64,000 nucleotides of DNA, taken from an uncultured Acidobacteriota bacterium (GTDB lineage Bacteria > Acidobacteriota > Thermoanaerobaculia > Multivoradales > UBA5704). The DNA lies in NCBI GenBank assembly GCA_963770895.1, contig CAVYRF010000001.1:320001-384000 (forward strand), in the 5' to 3' direction. The translations under genes and the position numbers were made by a program. The notes below the pieces were generated by a model. It saw nothing but the letters and a program-made list of their open reading frames with translations. It was not told where the DNA came from and did not search any database. This document shows positions 10,242-19,641 of this stretch, piece by piece. Numbering within the stretch: position 1 is the first letter of the stretch; each line of letters opens with the position of its first letter.

Positions 10242-10873
10242 GGTCTCTTCCCCAAAGATGCCGCGGCGATGGCGCCGCGGTCCCAGATCTCCAGCAACGT
10301 ATCCAGGTAGCGTTCAAGCTCGATCGGCGGGTCGGGCACCTGCGCCAGCCGCTGCATCACTACGTAGGCATGCAGCGAAGCGGCGAAGGCCAGGGCCGCG
10401 GCCTCGGGGTCGCCGACGCGCAGCGCCCCCGCCCGCACCGCCCGCCGGAAGTACTCCGCGACCCGCTCAAAGTTGCGCTGCGGCGGCGTCGGCCGCGGGT
10501 GGTCCGCGAACGGCGGGAACGGCAGCCCGTCCGCGGCCCTGGCATGCATGAACCCGGCGACCTGCTGCGAAAACTTGCGCTCGAAAAACGGCACGAACGC
10601 GCGGCCGATACGGCGCAACACCAGCCGCGGGTCCTCCGAGCCGTCCAGCTCCTCCAGGAAGTCGATCGGCGACGCCACGTCGTCCGCCCCCGGCGCCATG
10701 CAGCTGGCAAAAAGCTCCTCCTTGGTCGCCGCATGGCGCAGCAGCGCGGCAGCGCTGACCCCCAGCCTCGCCGCGATCGACGTCAACGTCGTCGCTGCAA
10801 ACCCCCGCTCCGCAAACGCCTCCCGCGCCGCCGCCAGCACCTCGTCGCGACTAACCTTAGGTCGTCTCCCCAC
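10238..10873 (-). CDS. TetR/AcrR family transcriptional regulator
   Basis: MGRRPKVSRDEVLAAAREAFAERGFAATTLTSIAARLGVS...HAATKEELF helix-turn-helix; heads the efflux operon. Confidence 0.9.
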   Translation of the reverse strand: MGRRPKVSRDEVLAAAREAFAERGFAATTLTSIAARLGVSAAALLRHAATKEELFASCMAPGADDVASPIDFLEELDGSEDPRLVLRRIGRAFVPFFERKFSQQVAGFMHARAADGLPFPPFADHPRPTPPQRNFERVAEYFRRAVRAGALRVGDPEAAALAFAASLHAYVVMQRLAQVPDPPIELERYLDTLLEIWDRGAIAAASLGKRP

Positions 10874-10875
10874 GG

Positions 10876-10901
10876 AAAGTAACTGTACACAAATTTACTT
10901 T
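10876..10901. promoter_or_regulatory. Putative TetR operator overlapping a near-leaderless promoter
   Basis: AAAGTAA-N12-TTACTTT inverted repeat immediately upstream of the GTG; minus-strand TACAGT lies 8 nt before the start. Confidence 0.6.
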
Positions 10902-10980
10902 TGAGGGCCAAGCGAGCGCTCAAGAAGGAGTTCCCGGCGGCCTGGGCCCGGTCGAAGGGGATTGGTCCGGGCAAGACGCC

Positions 10981-11041
10981 CCGCCCGCCCCCCACGGCCC
11001 GATCGCGGTCGCGCCGCCAGGCGCGCCGCGGTCGGGGCAAC
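10981..11041 (+). repeat. ~60-bp palindromic intergenic repeat, copy 1 (REP-like)
   Basis: ccgcccgcccccca-cggcccgatcgcggTcgcgcc-gcca-ggcgcgccgcggtcggggcaac; near-identical copies at 12793 and 13651 (inverted). Confidence 0.85.
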
Positions 11042-11098
11042 CAGCCGCCGGTGTGAGCAAGCGACTCGGAAGGAAGAACGCCTGAACTGGTGATGCCT

Positions 11099-11512
11099 TC
11101 AAAGTCCAAATGCATCAGGGTCGCGAAGAACCGCCCGCACCGTCGCAGCGTACTCTTTCTCATCGGCGGCCATGGTTTCGGTCAGTCGCTGAAGGTCCTG
11201 CAAAATTTCAGGTGAGCCCTTTTCCCGGCACCATTTGACCAGCTCCAGGATGTCTTCAATCTTGCGACGGCGCAGGTCACAGAGTCGCTTGCGGTTTAAG
11301 TGGAAGAGGTTTATCGAGGCCACACCTCGCAGGCCGTCTCCGAGACTGAATAGGTGGCCGTTGACGGCGACGCCGAGATGGGTTTCCGGCTGGTCGCGGC
11401 AGGGGTCGATCAGCAGGGGGCGCTCGTTTTCGATCAGATCCTGCGGCCCGAAGGCGCGCTCAGTCTCGTCCTCGAGCGGGAAGTGATCGAGCTTGCCGGC
11501 GGCCTCGCCCCA
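11099..11512 (-). pseudogene. C-terminal remnant of a PtuB/TIGR02646-like HNH nuclease
   Basis: GKLDHFPLEDETERA...ERPLLIDPCRDQPETHL...RGVASINLFHLNR..L...RR resembles the post-HNH half; start codon and CxxC/H/CxxCN core are missing. Confidence 0.7.
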
Positions 11513-12721
11513 CCGCCAACGTGCGGAGCTCGAGGCTCTGCTCGGGGTCACGCTGGTCACGCGGGATGGCGGCCAATCGCTGGTAACGGGCGAGCTTGCT
11601 GGTGATGTCGGGCGAGTACACTGCGCTGTCGAAAAGCCGCTCGTCGACGAGCATGTCCTCGGCCGAATAGCCCGTGAAATCCGGCACGTTTGCTTCCGCC
11701 TCCACACAGGCGCCTTCGCGGCGCAACACGACCAATTCCTCCGGCGAGGCCCCCAGCGCCACCAGGGGGCTGTGGGTGGTGGCGAAGAGTTGGACCTCGG
11801 GAAGGGCCTTGGCGAGAAAGGGGAGGATCCTGGTTTGCATCGACGGGTGTAGGTGCTGGTCAATCTCGTCGATGAGGACGATCCCTTGGACGTTGCCGGC
11901 TTTGTCGATGGCATCCGCCTGCATGGCCCAACCGTAGAGATCCAGAAGCCAGCTGAAGGTGAGGCGATACCCGTCCGCCCACGCCTCCAGGGAAATCGGG
12001 TCCCTGAGGGCGGCGATCGCAATCTCGATGCCACCGCCCCGGCGCAGGCGGATCTCGTCCTCCGGTTCAAGGCCGAGGACGCGCTGGAGGCTGGCGAGAA
12101 TCGATTCGTACCGCGCGGCGCCCAGGTCATCCCGAAGCCGCCGCAGCGTGAGCTCTGGGTTGAGCAAGCTGCGTCCGTAGTCAAAAAGCGTGTACACGGA
12201 GTCGACAAAGGTATAGCCGCTCGTCGAAGACGCTCCAGACCCGTAGCGACCGGCGCCGTAGCCACAGACGAACGGAGCCAGGTCGTCAACCCTGGGCCGG
12301 TGGATGGCCTGGTCACGCTCAAAGTCCGCAAGGTCATTACCCGTGCCCCCCCCTTATCCGCGGACTCGATGCCTTGCGCACGGGTCCTGTAGATCAAGGT
12401 TGGACATGAGATGGGCGGCTCCTGCGGGGCCACGGGATCCATCAACTCCAGGTGGATGCTCCCCTCAGACCGCGAGCTGTAGGTCCCATTTGGCAGGGAC
12501 AAGAGCGCGATCGCTCCTGGATTATCCGCGAGGCCGATCGCCAACGCGCGAAGCAGCGTAGTCTTCAGCGTTCCGTTCTTGCCGATGATGAGGGTGCGGC
12601 GGCGAGGCACTCCGTTCGCCTGGCGGAGGTCGATCTTGAGATCTCGAAAGCCTCGGATTTCCTCCAGCCGGAGGGACGCGATGTGCCGAATCGGTAGTGA
12701 GTTGGGGCCGATCTGGGGCAT
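11460..12721 (-). pseudogene. Frameshifted AAA/ABC-type ATPase (PtuA-like)
   Basis: IRGFRDL..Walker A-like GKNGTLKTT in one frame; after a G8 tract (12346-12353) homology continues in another frame: FVCGYGAGR, WADGYR, VLIDEIDQHLHPSMQ, TTHSP. Confidence 0.8.
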
Positions 12722-12792
12722 GAGTTGTTGATGCTAGCACCCCTGGCGCCGAACCGCGCGGTTCACGACGTGCCCGAGGTCAGATGCCGGCG

Positions 12793-12851
12793 CCGCTCGC
12801 CCCCCCGGCCCGATCGCGGACGCGCCGTAGGCGCGCCGCGGTCGGGGCAAC
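12793..12851 (+). repeat. ~60-bp palindromic intergenic repeat, copy 2
   Basis: ccgctcgccccccc-ggcccgatcgcggAcgcgcc-gta-ggcgcgccgcggtcggggcaac. Confidence 0.85.
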
Positions 12852-12899
12852 ACAAGGGCGCACAGAACGGCGATTCGACGGGCGGTTACACGAAGACCC

Positions 12900-13325
12900 T
12901 CAAACAAAGGGATTGACGATGCGCACCGTGCCGTAGAGGCGGTCGTGCTGGAAGTCCTCGCTCCATAGTTCGGAAAGCCCGTAGAACTCGGCGTAGGCCC
13001 AGAGATGAGCGTCGAACCAGCTCAGTTGGTAGGCAGCCGCCCCGCGAATGGCAAGGCGCACCAGCCCCGCCGTGGGGTAGAGCACCGTGAACTGATCTAG
13101 CAGCTCCTCGGCCTCGCGGCGTGCCTCTTCGACTGATAGCAGTGGGGGACCACCCCGCGTCGGCCGGGTTACCGCCGCTACGAACTCCACGATCGCCTGG
13201 TGCGGCACTCGGATCGAATCATCGTGGACCCCTTGGCGGAGAACGTCCGTCGCTCGCAGTTGGCGATCGGGAAAGCGCGGGTCGAAGCGATATACCAGGA
13301 CGTTCGTGTCAACGAGTGCTGCCAC
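12900..13325 (-). CDS. PIN domain toxin (VapC-like)
   Basis: ALVDTNVLVY, QAIVEF, LSWFDAHLWA, LWSEDFQH, IVNPF; GTG at 13325 overlaps the antitoxin. Confidence 0.9.
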   Translation of the reverse strand: MAALVDTNVLVYRFDPRFPDRQLRATDVLRQGVHDDSIRVPHQAIVEFVAAVTRPTRGGPPLLSVEEARREAEELLDQFTVLYPTAGLVRLAIRGAAAYQLSWFDAHLWAYAEFYGLSELWSEDFQHDRLYGTVRIVNPFV

Positions 13326-13599
13326 GCTGGTAGAGCTCCTCGCGCGTCCAACCACGATCCTCGGCCGTTTTCGGTCGGCGGCCGGCTCCCGCCTCGCGCT
13401 CGGCCTGGCGGCGCGTTGCCGCATCGAAGATTCGCAGCCGCTCCTGGCGATTGACAGCGGCCGGCGCCGAGCCGGGTGGCAGGACGCGGATGGCGTCACC
13501 GGCGGGCTCCCACTCGATTTCGTCGCCAGGTCGGATCCTGAATCGATCGGCAATGGCTTTGGGCAAGGTGACCTGCAGTTTGCTCGTGACTCTGGACAT
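13309..13599 (-). CDS. AbrB/MazE family antitoxin
   Basis: MSRVTSKLQVTLPKAIADRFRIRPGDEIEW; C-terminal WTREELY. Confidence 0.9.
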   Translation of the reverse strand: MSRVTSKLQVTLPKAIADRFRIRPGDEIEWEPAGDAIRVLPPGSAPAAVNRQERLRIFDAATRRQAEREAGAGRRPKTAEDRGWTREELYQRGSTR

Positions 13600-13610
13600 G
13601 TCCTTACTCT

Positions 13611-13631
13611 AGCAAGGATGAACTCCTTGCT
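13611..13631. promoter_or_regulatory. Putative TA autoregulatory operator
   Basis: Perfect inverted repeat AGCAAGGA-TGAAC-TCCTTGCT just upstream of the antitoxin ATG. Confidence 0.65.
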
Positions 13632-13650
13632 CAAGCTGCGCGCCTGCTGG

Positions 13651-13709
13651 GTTGCCCCGACCACGGCGCGCCTGCGGCGCGTCCGCGATCGGGCCGGGGA
13701 GGCGGGCGG
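13651..13709 (-). repeat. ~60-bp palindromic intergenic repeat, copy 3 (inverted)
   Basis: Reverse complement reads ccgcccgcctcccc-ggcccgatcgcggAcgcgcc-gca-ggcgcgccgtggtcggggcaac. Confidence 0.85.
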
Positions 13710-13823
13710 GGCTGTTTTGCCGAATCGGGGCGCTGGCGGCCGATTCGATGCCTGATGCCGGTCTCACTGGCCGGCGAGGGCAGTATCGCTGCTGCCTCGG
13801 GTCGAGGATCACAACTGCGGATA

Positions 13824-14798
13824 TCAACCTGCGACAGACACGAGCTGGTCCGCCAGGGTGGCTGCGCCATTGGCAGGAGTTGGCGGCGCGGGGTTCTGGC
13901 CGCGGCTGTATTGGCGGGGTGAACAGCCCATGACTCTTTTGAAGGCGGTGCTGAAGGCGCTTTCGGATTCGTAGCCGAGCGACCAGGCGATGCTGGAAAT
14001 GGGATCGTTGGAATTGATCAGCATGTCGCCGGCGCGCAGCATGCGCCAGCGGGTCAGGTATTCCATGGGCGAGACGCCGACCGTCTCCTTGAATTTCTGG
14101 GCAAAGATCGAGCGCGACATGCCGGCGCGCGCCGCCAGCTCCGGCAGGGTCCAACGATGTCCCGGCTGGTCGTGCATGGCGGTGATCGCCGCGCTCATCT
14201 GTTTGTCCGCCAGGGCGAAGAGCCAGCCGACGCCGCCGCTCAGACCCTCTGCCAGGTGCAGCCGCAGGGCCTGGACCAGCATCATCGAGGCGAGGTGCTG
14301 GGCGACCAGAAAGCCGCCCGGCCGCGGCTCGCGCAGCTCCTCCATCAAGCGCTCCAGGGACCAGCGCATCGTTGCCTTGTCCGATTCCTTGCGGATGTGC
14401 ACGATGGGCGGCAGGACGCCCAACAGGATGCCGGCATGATTGCCGGTGAAGGCGAAGAACCCGCCGACGCCAAAGCAGTCCCCGCCGCCATTGCATAAGG
14501 CGATGCCCCCATTGAGCGGGGTGGGAAAAAACGCCTTGTGATCGACGGGCTGCAAGGTCAGATCGCTCGCAAGACAGAAAGGCCGCCCACCGGGCAGCAG
14601 GAAGCAGTCGCCCGCGGTCAGGCGCACCGGGTCGGGAACGCCCTGCACGGACAGCCAGCACTGGCCGGAAACGATGGCGTAGCACTTGATGCCTTCATGG
14701 CGGGGGAACTCGATCGACCATTCTCCCCCCACGTCAAAGCCGCCGCACATGTAGTTGCGCGGCTTCAGGAGCGACAGCACATCGGAGAGCGGGTCCAT
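13824..14798 (-). CDS. AraC family regulator with cupin-type sensor domain
   Basis: MDPLSDVLSLL, GWLFALAD, WTLPELAARAGMSRSIFA..F..VGVSPMEYLTRWRM, GYESESAFSTAFKR. Confidence 0.93.
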   Translation of the reverse strand: MDPLSDVLSLLKPRNYMCGGFDVGGEWSIEFPRHEGIKCYAIVSGQCWLSVQGVPDPVRLTAGDCFLLPGGRPFCLASDLTLQPVDHKAFFPTPLNGGIALCNGGGDCFGVGGFFAFTGNHAGILLGVLPPIVHIRKESDKATMRWSLERLMEELREPRPGGFLVAQHLASMMLVQALRLHLAEGLSGGVGWLFALADKQMSAAITAMHDQPGHRWTLPELAARAGMSRSIFAQKFKETVGVSPMEYLTRWRMLRAGDMLINSNDPISSIAWSLGYESESAFSTAFKRVMGCSPRQYSRGQNPAPPTPANGAATLADQLVSVAG

Positions 14799-14925
14799 GG
14801 GGTCCTCCCGGACGATCGCGAAGATAATACGGACGTTACAGCATAGATTGTATCTCTTCCATCCCCTATCTTGAGCATGCAGGGGCCGCGATGGGTCCCA
14901 AGTCGAAGTAGAGGAGAGATCGACC

Positions 14926-15810
14926 ATGCGCGTATTCGTCACAGGTGCCACAGGATTTATCGGGTCTGCCACCGTGCAGGAGCTCATCAAAGCCGGCCAC
15001 CAGGTGCTGGGACTGGCCCGCTCCGAGGCGGGTGCCAAGTCTCTAGTCGATGCCGGCGCCCAGGCGCATCGGGGCGACGTCGAAGACCTCGCCAGCCTGC
15101 GCAGCGGCGCAGCCATGGCGGACGGAGTGATTCACTGCGCCTTCATCCATGACTTCACCAAGTTCGAGGCGAACTGCCGGATCGACAAGCTCGCCGTCGA
15201 GGCCCTGGGCTCCGAGCTCGCCGGCTCGGACCGCCCCTTGATCGTGACTTCCGGGACTGGGGTGGTCAGGGCGCAGGGGCGCCCTTCGACCGAGGACGAT
15301 GCGCCCAACTCTCCCATTCCCCGTGTCGCATCGGAAGAGGCGGCCGCCGCCGCGGGGGCGCGCGGGGTGCGCGTTTCGGTGATGCGTCTGCCGCAGGTCC
15401 ACGACCCGCTCAAGCAGGGTCTCATCACCTACCTGATCGATTTGGCCCGCGACAAGGGCGTTTCGGCGTATGTCGGCGACGGGCTCAACCGCTGGCCCTC
15501 GGTGCACCGGCTCGATTGCGCTCATCTCTACCGGCTGGCGCTGGAGAAAGGCGCGGCGGGAGCCCGCTATCACGCGGTCGCGGAAGAAGGCGTGCCCCTG
15601 CGGCAGATCGCCGAGTCCATCGGCCGGGGCCTGCGCCTGCCGGTCGTCGCCAAGTCGCCGGAAGAAGCGGCTGACCACTTTGGCTGGCTCGGCATGTTCG
15701 TGGGCGCCGACATGCCGGCATCGAGCGCGCTGACCCAGCAATGGCTGGGGTGGCATCCCACCGGCCCCAGCCTCATCGCCGATCTCGACCAGGCTCGCTT
15801 CGCAGAGTGA
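14926..15810 (+). CDS. NAD-dependent epimerase/atypical SDR oxidoreductase
   Basis: MRVFVTGATGFIGS Rossmann motif; divergent from AraC; GAGGAG RBS. Confidence 0.92.
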   Translation: MRVFVTGATGFIGSATVQELIKAGHQVLGLARSEAGAKSLVDAGAQAHRGDVEDLASLRSGAAMADGVIHCAFIHDFTKFEANCRIDKLAVEALGSELAGSDRPLIVTSGTGVVRAQGRPSTEDDAPNSPIPRVASEEAAAAAGARGVRVSVMRLPQVHDPLKQGLITYLIDLARDKGVSAYVGDGLNRWPSVHRLDCAHLYRLALEKGAAGARYHAVAEEGVPLRQIAESIGRGLRLPVVAKSPEEAADHFGWLGMFVGADMPASSALTQQWLGWHPTGPSLIADLDQARFAE

Positions 15811-15818
15811 ACCGCCTC

Positions 15819-15850
15819 CGTACCTGCGGCACCTTTACGCCGCAGGTACG
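15819..15850. terminator. Hairpin after SDR gene
   Basis: Perfect 12-bp stem cgtacctgcggc / gccgcaggtacg with 8-nt loop; no clear U-tract. Confidence 0.55.
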
Positions 15851-15990
15851 CGGGCAACCCCTGCCGGCGCAGTTGCGCCCAGTAAGACTGCCGCAAGGTG
15901 GAACGCTGCCGTGCTCCGCCGGCGCCGCCGCCCATCTGGCGCGGCGCCGATCCCTCGGCCTGAAAAACCAGGCTCTGCTATTCTGATCTC

Positions 15991-16317
15991 ATGACCAGCG
16001 TGACGGCCATGGAGCCTATTCCTCTGTCAACAACGGCGGACGGCGCCATCCGGATCGCTGGCTCGCGCGTGACGCTCGACACCCTGATCGACACGTTTCT
16101 GACTGGCGCGTCTCCAGAAGAGATCGCGGAGGACTTCCCGGTCCTTCGGCTCGATGACATCTACGCGGTGCTCACCTACTACCTGCGGCACCGCGGGGAC
16201 GTGGACGCCTATCTCCACAACCGTCGATCCCGGGCAGAGATCATGCGGCGCGAGATCGAGGACCACTCTACCCAGACCGGCCTGCGCGGCAGGCTCCTCG
16301 CCCGCCTCGGACGTTAG
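15991..16317 (+). CDS. DUF433 family antitoxin
   Basis: DGAIRIAGSRVTLDTLI..F..GASPEEIAEDFP.L.LDDIYAVLTYY. Confidence 0.88.
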   Translation: MTSVTAMEPIPLSTTADGAIRIAGSRVTLDTLIDTFLTGASPEEIAEDFPVLRLDDIYAVLTYYLRHRGDVDAYLHNRRSRAEIMRREIEDHSTQTGLRGRLLARLGR

Positions 16318-16322
16318 GCCTC

Positions 16323-16673
16323 GTGCTCCGCTTGCTGGCCGATGAGAACTTCAATGGCCGGATTCTTCGAGCCCTGAAGCGTCAAATCCCTGCTCTTGAT
16401 GTTGTGCGGGCCCAAGATACTCAGCTACTCGGGACAGACGACGCTTCTCTTCTCCAATTCGCGGCTGACGAAGGAAGAGTTCTTGTCACTCACGATCAGG
16501 AGACCCTGGTGGGCCACGCTTGGCACCGGGTCCGAGCGGGAATGACGATGCCTGGCGTCATCGTCGCCCCAACGAGCTGTCCTATCGGTCAGGTCATCGC
16601 GGATTTGGAGCTTCTGCTCCTGGCCGGCAAGTTCGAGGATGTCGAGCGGCAGATTCTGTTCATTCCGCTGTAA
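16323..16673 (+). CDS. DUF5615 PIN-like toxin
   Basis: LRLLADENFN, DD..LL.FAADEGRVLVTHD; paired with DUF433. Confidence 0.88.
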   Translation: MLRLLADENFNGRILRALKRQIPALDVVRAQDTQLLGTDDASLLQFAADEGRVLVTHDQETLVGHAWHRVRAGMTMPGVIVAPTSCPIGQVIADLELLLLAGKFEDVERQILFIPL

Positions 16674-16836
16674 TCGAAGCCAATGTCCCAGGCTCGGTTG
16701 AGGCGCTGGGATCAGCAGCCTGGCCAGCTCCGCACCGCCGCGCTGCTCCTAACCCTGCTGCGCCGGTCCCCAGCCCACGGCTTGAAGGCGTAGCCGGACC
16801 GTGGACGGGCAGCCGTCGCCGTCGGCCGCGTGGCCG

Positions 16837-17238
16837 TCAGGTGGGGTCGGCGGCGGCTGGGGTGCAGGTGTCGCAGGGGAGGGTGGCTGCGGCGTTCGGG
16901 CAGCAGCCGGTTTGCGCTGCCAGGCGCGCGGTGTCGTGCTGGGTGGCGGTGAGATGGCGGGTGCAGTGGCGGGCGGCGTCGAGCAGGGTCTGCGCCAGCT
17001 GGTTGGATTGCGGCGCCAGGCGGTAGTGGACCCAGAGGCCTCGCTTGTCGGCCTGGACGACTCCGGCTTTGCGGAGGTAGGCCAGGTGCCGGGAGGCCTT
17101 GGGTTGCGAAATGCCCAGGCTGTCGTGGATGTGGCAGACGCAGATCTCGCCTTGCTGCAGCAGGCCGACGATGCGGAGGCGGGTGGGGTCGGCCAGGGCT
17201 TTGAGGACCCGGTCGACGGCCTGAAGTTCGGTATCCAT
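16837..17238 (-). CDS. arsR: ArsR/SmtB metalloregulator
   Basis: KALADPTRLRI, EICVCHI As(III)-binding box, SQPKASRHL; extra Cys-rich tail. Confidence 0.92.
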   Translation of the reverse strand: MDTELQAVDRVLKALADPTRLRIVGLLQQGEICVCHIHDSLGISQPKASRHLAYLRKAGVVQADKRGLWVHYRLAPQSNQLAQTLLDAARHCTRHLTATQHDTARLAAQTGCCPNAAATLPCDTCTPAAADPT

Positions 17239-17312
17239 ATGTGGCTTGACAAATATAGCAGGGTGCGGGGATGATGTCTACATCTGCTAAGCCATATGCA
17301 ATGGAGGCATCG

Positions 17313-18146
17313 ATGAACGAGACCGATCTGAAGGCAGCGATCCAGGACAAGTACGGCAAGGCGGCTGCGGGCGTGGCGGCGGGTTGCGGCTGCGGCTGTG
17401 ACTGCGGCGACCCCATCACGTCCAACCTGTATGACGCGGCCGATCGAGCGGCGTTGCCGGAGGAGGCGGTGAACGCCTCGCTTGGCTGTGGCAATCCCAC
17501 GGCGATGATCGAGCTGCGGCCGGGTGAGACGGTGCTCGACCTTGGCTCGGGCGGCGGCATCGACGTGCTGCTGTCCGCCCGCCGCGTCGGGCCGGCCGGC
17601 AAGGCGTACGGCTTGGACATGACCGACGAGATGCTGGCGCTGGCGCGCGACAACCAGCGCCGCGCGGGCGCCGTCAACGTCGAGTTCCTGAAGGGGGAGA
17701 TCGAGGCGATCCCCCTGCCGGACCGGTCGGTCGACGTGGTGATCTCCAACTGCGTGATCAACCTGTCGAGCGACAAGGACCGCGTGCTGCGGGAGGCGTT
17801 CCGGGTGCTCAGGCCGGGCGGGCGGTTTGCCGTCTCCGACGTCGTGGTGCGCGGCCCGGTGCCCGCGGAGGTGCGGCGCAGCGTCGAGCTGTGGGTCGGC
17901 TGCGTCGCCGGCGCGCTGGACGAAGACGACTACCGCGAAAAGCTGGCGCTGGCGGGCTTCACGGAGGTGGACATCGAGCCGTGGCGGGTCTACGCCATGA
18001 GCGACGCGCGCGCATTTCTGACCGCCGCCGGATTGGACCCCGCCGCGGTGCAGGCGAGCGCGGACGGCAAGTTTGCCAGCGCCTTCATCCGCGCGCGGCG
18101 GCCGGAGACGGCCGGTGAGGTGCACGATCGCGAGGCCTTGTCGTGA
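17313..18146 (+). CDS. arsM: Arsenite S-adenosylmethionine methyltransferase
   Basis: [44 protein letters not shown]; GGAGG RBS. Confidence 0.95.
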   Translation: MNETDLKAAIQDKYGKAAAGVAAGCGCGCDCGDPITSNLYDAADRAALPEEAVNASLGCGNPTAMIELRPGETVLDLGSGGGIDVLLSARRVGPAGKAYGLDMTDEMLALARDNQRRAGAVNVEFLKGEIEAIPLPDRSVDVVISNCVINLSSDKDRVLREAFRVLRPGGRFAVSDVVVRGPVPAEVRRSVELWVGCVAGALDEDDYREKLALAGFTEVDIEPWRVYAMSDARAFLTAAGLDPAAVQASADGKFASAFIRARRPETAGEVHDREALS

Positions 18147-18601
18147 CTGCCGCCGCCGGCCGTACATCGGTCGGGCGCGGCGTGCGGGTGCTCTTTCTCT
18201 GCACGCACAACAGCGCCCGCTCGCAGATGGCCGAGGGCATCCTGCGCCAGCTGGCGCCTGACGTCGACGTGGCGAGCGCCGGGACGGAGGTGACACGGGT
18301 GCATCCGCTCGCCATCCAGGCGATGGCGCTGCAGGGCATCGATATCTCGCGCCAGCGGTCCAAGCACGTGGAGGAGCTTGCGGGAGAGACCTTCAGCTAC
18401 GTCATCACGGTTTGCGATCGGGCGCGCGAATCCTGTCCAATCCTGCCGGGTGCCCCGCGGCAGATCCATTGGAGCATTGCCGATCCGTCGGCCGCCGCGG
18501 GCGACCCGGCGCAACAGCTGCGGGCGTTCCAGGGCGCGGCGCTCGAGCTGCTGACCCGCATCCGCCTGTTCGTCACGCTGCTGGAGCGTGAGGCGTCGTG
18601 A
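18143..18601 (+). CDS. arsC: Arsenate reductase (LMW-PTP/thioredoxin type)
   Basis: [17 protein letters not shown]-loop; ITVCD...ESCP; HWSIADP. Confidence 0.92.
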   Translation: MTAAAGRTSVGRGVRVLFLCTHNSARSQMAEGILRQLAPDVDVASAGTEVTRVHPLAIQAMALQGIDISRQRSKHVEELAGETFSYVITVCDRARESCPILPGAPRQIHWSIADPSAAAGDPAQQLRAFQGAALELLTRIRLFVTLLEREAS

Positions 18602-19377
18602 CGGAGCCGCGCCGCGATCGGCCGGGCGGTGGGCAGCGCAATCCGCGAGCCCGAGGTCTGCCGGCCGCGTTGTGGCGCCGGGGGGCGGCGGAGCTGGTGG
18701 GCGTCTTCATCCTGGTGACAGCCGGGTGTGGTGCGATCGTGGTCGACAGTCTGACGGGCGCGCTGTCGCACGTCGGAGTGGCGGTCAGCTTTGGCCTGGC
18801 GGTGCTGGCGGCCATCGCGGCGACCGGCCACGTGTCCGGAGCACACCTCAATCCCGCCGTAACCGTGGCGTTTGCCAGCTTGCGGCACTTTCCCTGGACC
18901 GAGGTGCCGGTGTACGTGGGTGGGCAGCTGTGCGGCGCGGCAGCCGCAGCCTGGACGCTGCGGGCGCTGTTTGGGGCGCGCGCGAGTCTCGGCGTCACGC
19001 TCCCCGCTCACGACGTGTGGCAGGCCCTGGGCATGGAGGTGCTGCTGACCGCGGTGCTGATGTTCGTCATCACCGCGGTGGCGACGGACACCCGCGCCGT
19101 CGGCGAGCTGGCGGCGGTCGCCGTCGGCGCCACGGTGATGCTCGACGCGCTGTGGGGCGGGCCGGTCAGCGGCGCCTCGATGAATCCGGCCCGCTCGCTC
19201 GGTCCGGCGCTGGTGGCGGGCAGCTGGCAGGCTCACTGGGTCTACTGGCTGGGGCCGATCGCCGGGGCTCTGCTGGGTGCCGGCGTGTATGAGCTGCTGC
19301 GAGGACCGGGACGGAACCGCGCTCCCTCCGCCGCCGCGGCGCCGCCGTGCGCTGCGGCGGAGACCGCTCCGGGGTAG
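18598..19377 (+). CDS. MIP family channel (aquaglyceroporin-like, probable arsenite channel)
   Basis: [10 protein letters not shown] and [12 protein letters not shown] motifs; last gene of the ars operon. Confidence 0.92.
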   Translation: MTEPRRDRPGGGQRNPRARGLPAALWRRGAAELVGVFILVTAGCGAIVVDSLTGALSHVGVAVSFGLAVLAAIAATGHVSGAHLNPAVTVAFASLRHFPWTEVPVYVGGQLCGAAAAAWTLRALFGARASLGVTLPAHDVWQALGMEVLLTAVLMFVITAVATDTRAVGELAAVAVGATVMLDALWGGPVSGASMNPARSLGPALVAGSWQAHWVYWLGPIAGALLGAGVYELLRGPGRNRAPSAAAAPPCAAAETAPG

Positions 19378-19641
19378 TGGCAACGCCGCCAGGGGGCCGG
19401 CGGGCAAGCAAATACCATGCGAATGAACCGGGCGGACGACTCGCGTCGCCGGCGCCGTGCATCGCGGCATGGGGCCTGTCGCTCCCGGCGATACGCCGGC
19501 AACACGCCCAAGCGGCGCTCTTCGCGGCTGCGCTGCTCGCATCCTGAGGGACGGCGCTTGTCACCGCGCTTTCACCCCAAACCGGGGGGCGAGCTGCTAT
19601 TGTCGGGACAGCAGAATTCCTGTCGAGGGTGCAACGTGACG

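Noticed and set aside
11099-12721. 540-aa ORF as a genuine ATPase-nuclease fusion
   Set aside because: Its middle is out-of-frame sequence; the ATPase Walker B and H-loop lie in another frame
10981-13709. The 60-bp repeats as classical integron attC sites
   Set aside because: No RYYYAAC...GTTRRRY pair enclosing the hairpin, one copy is inverted, and there is no intI; kept only as REP-like elements
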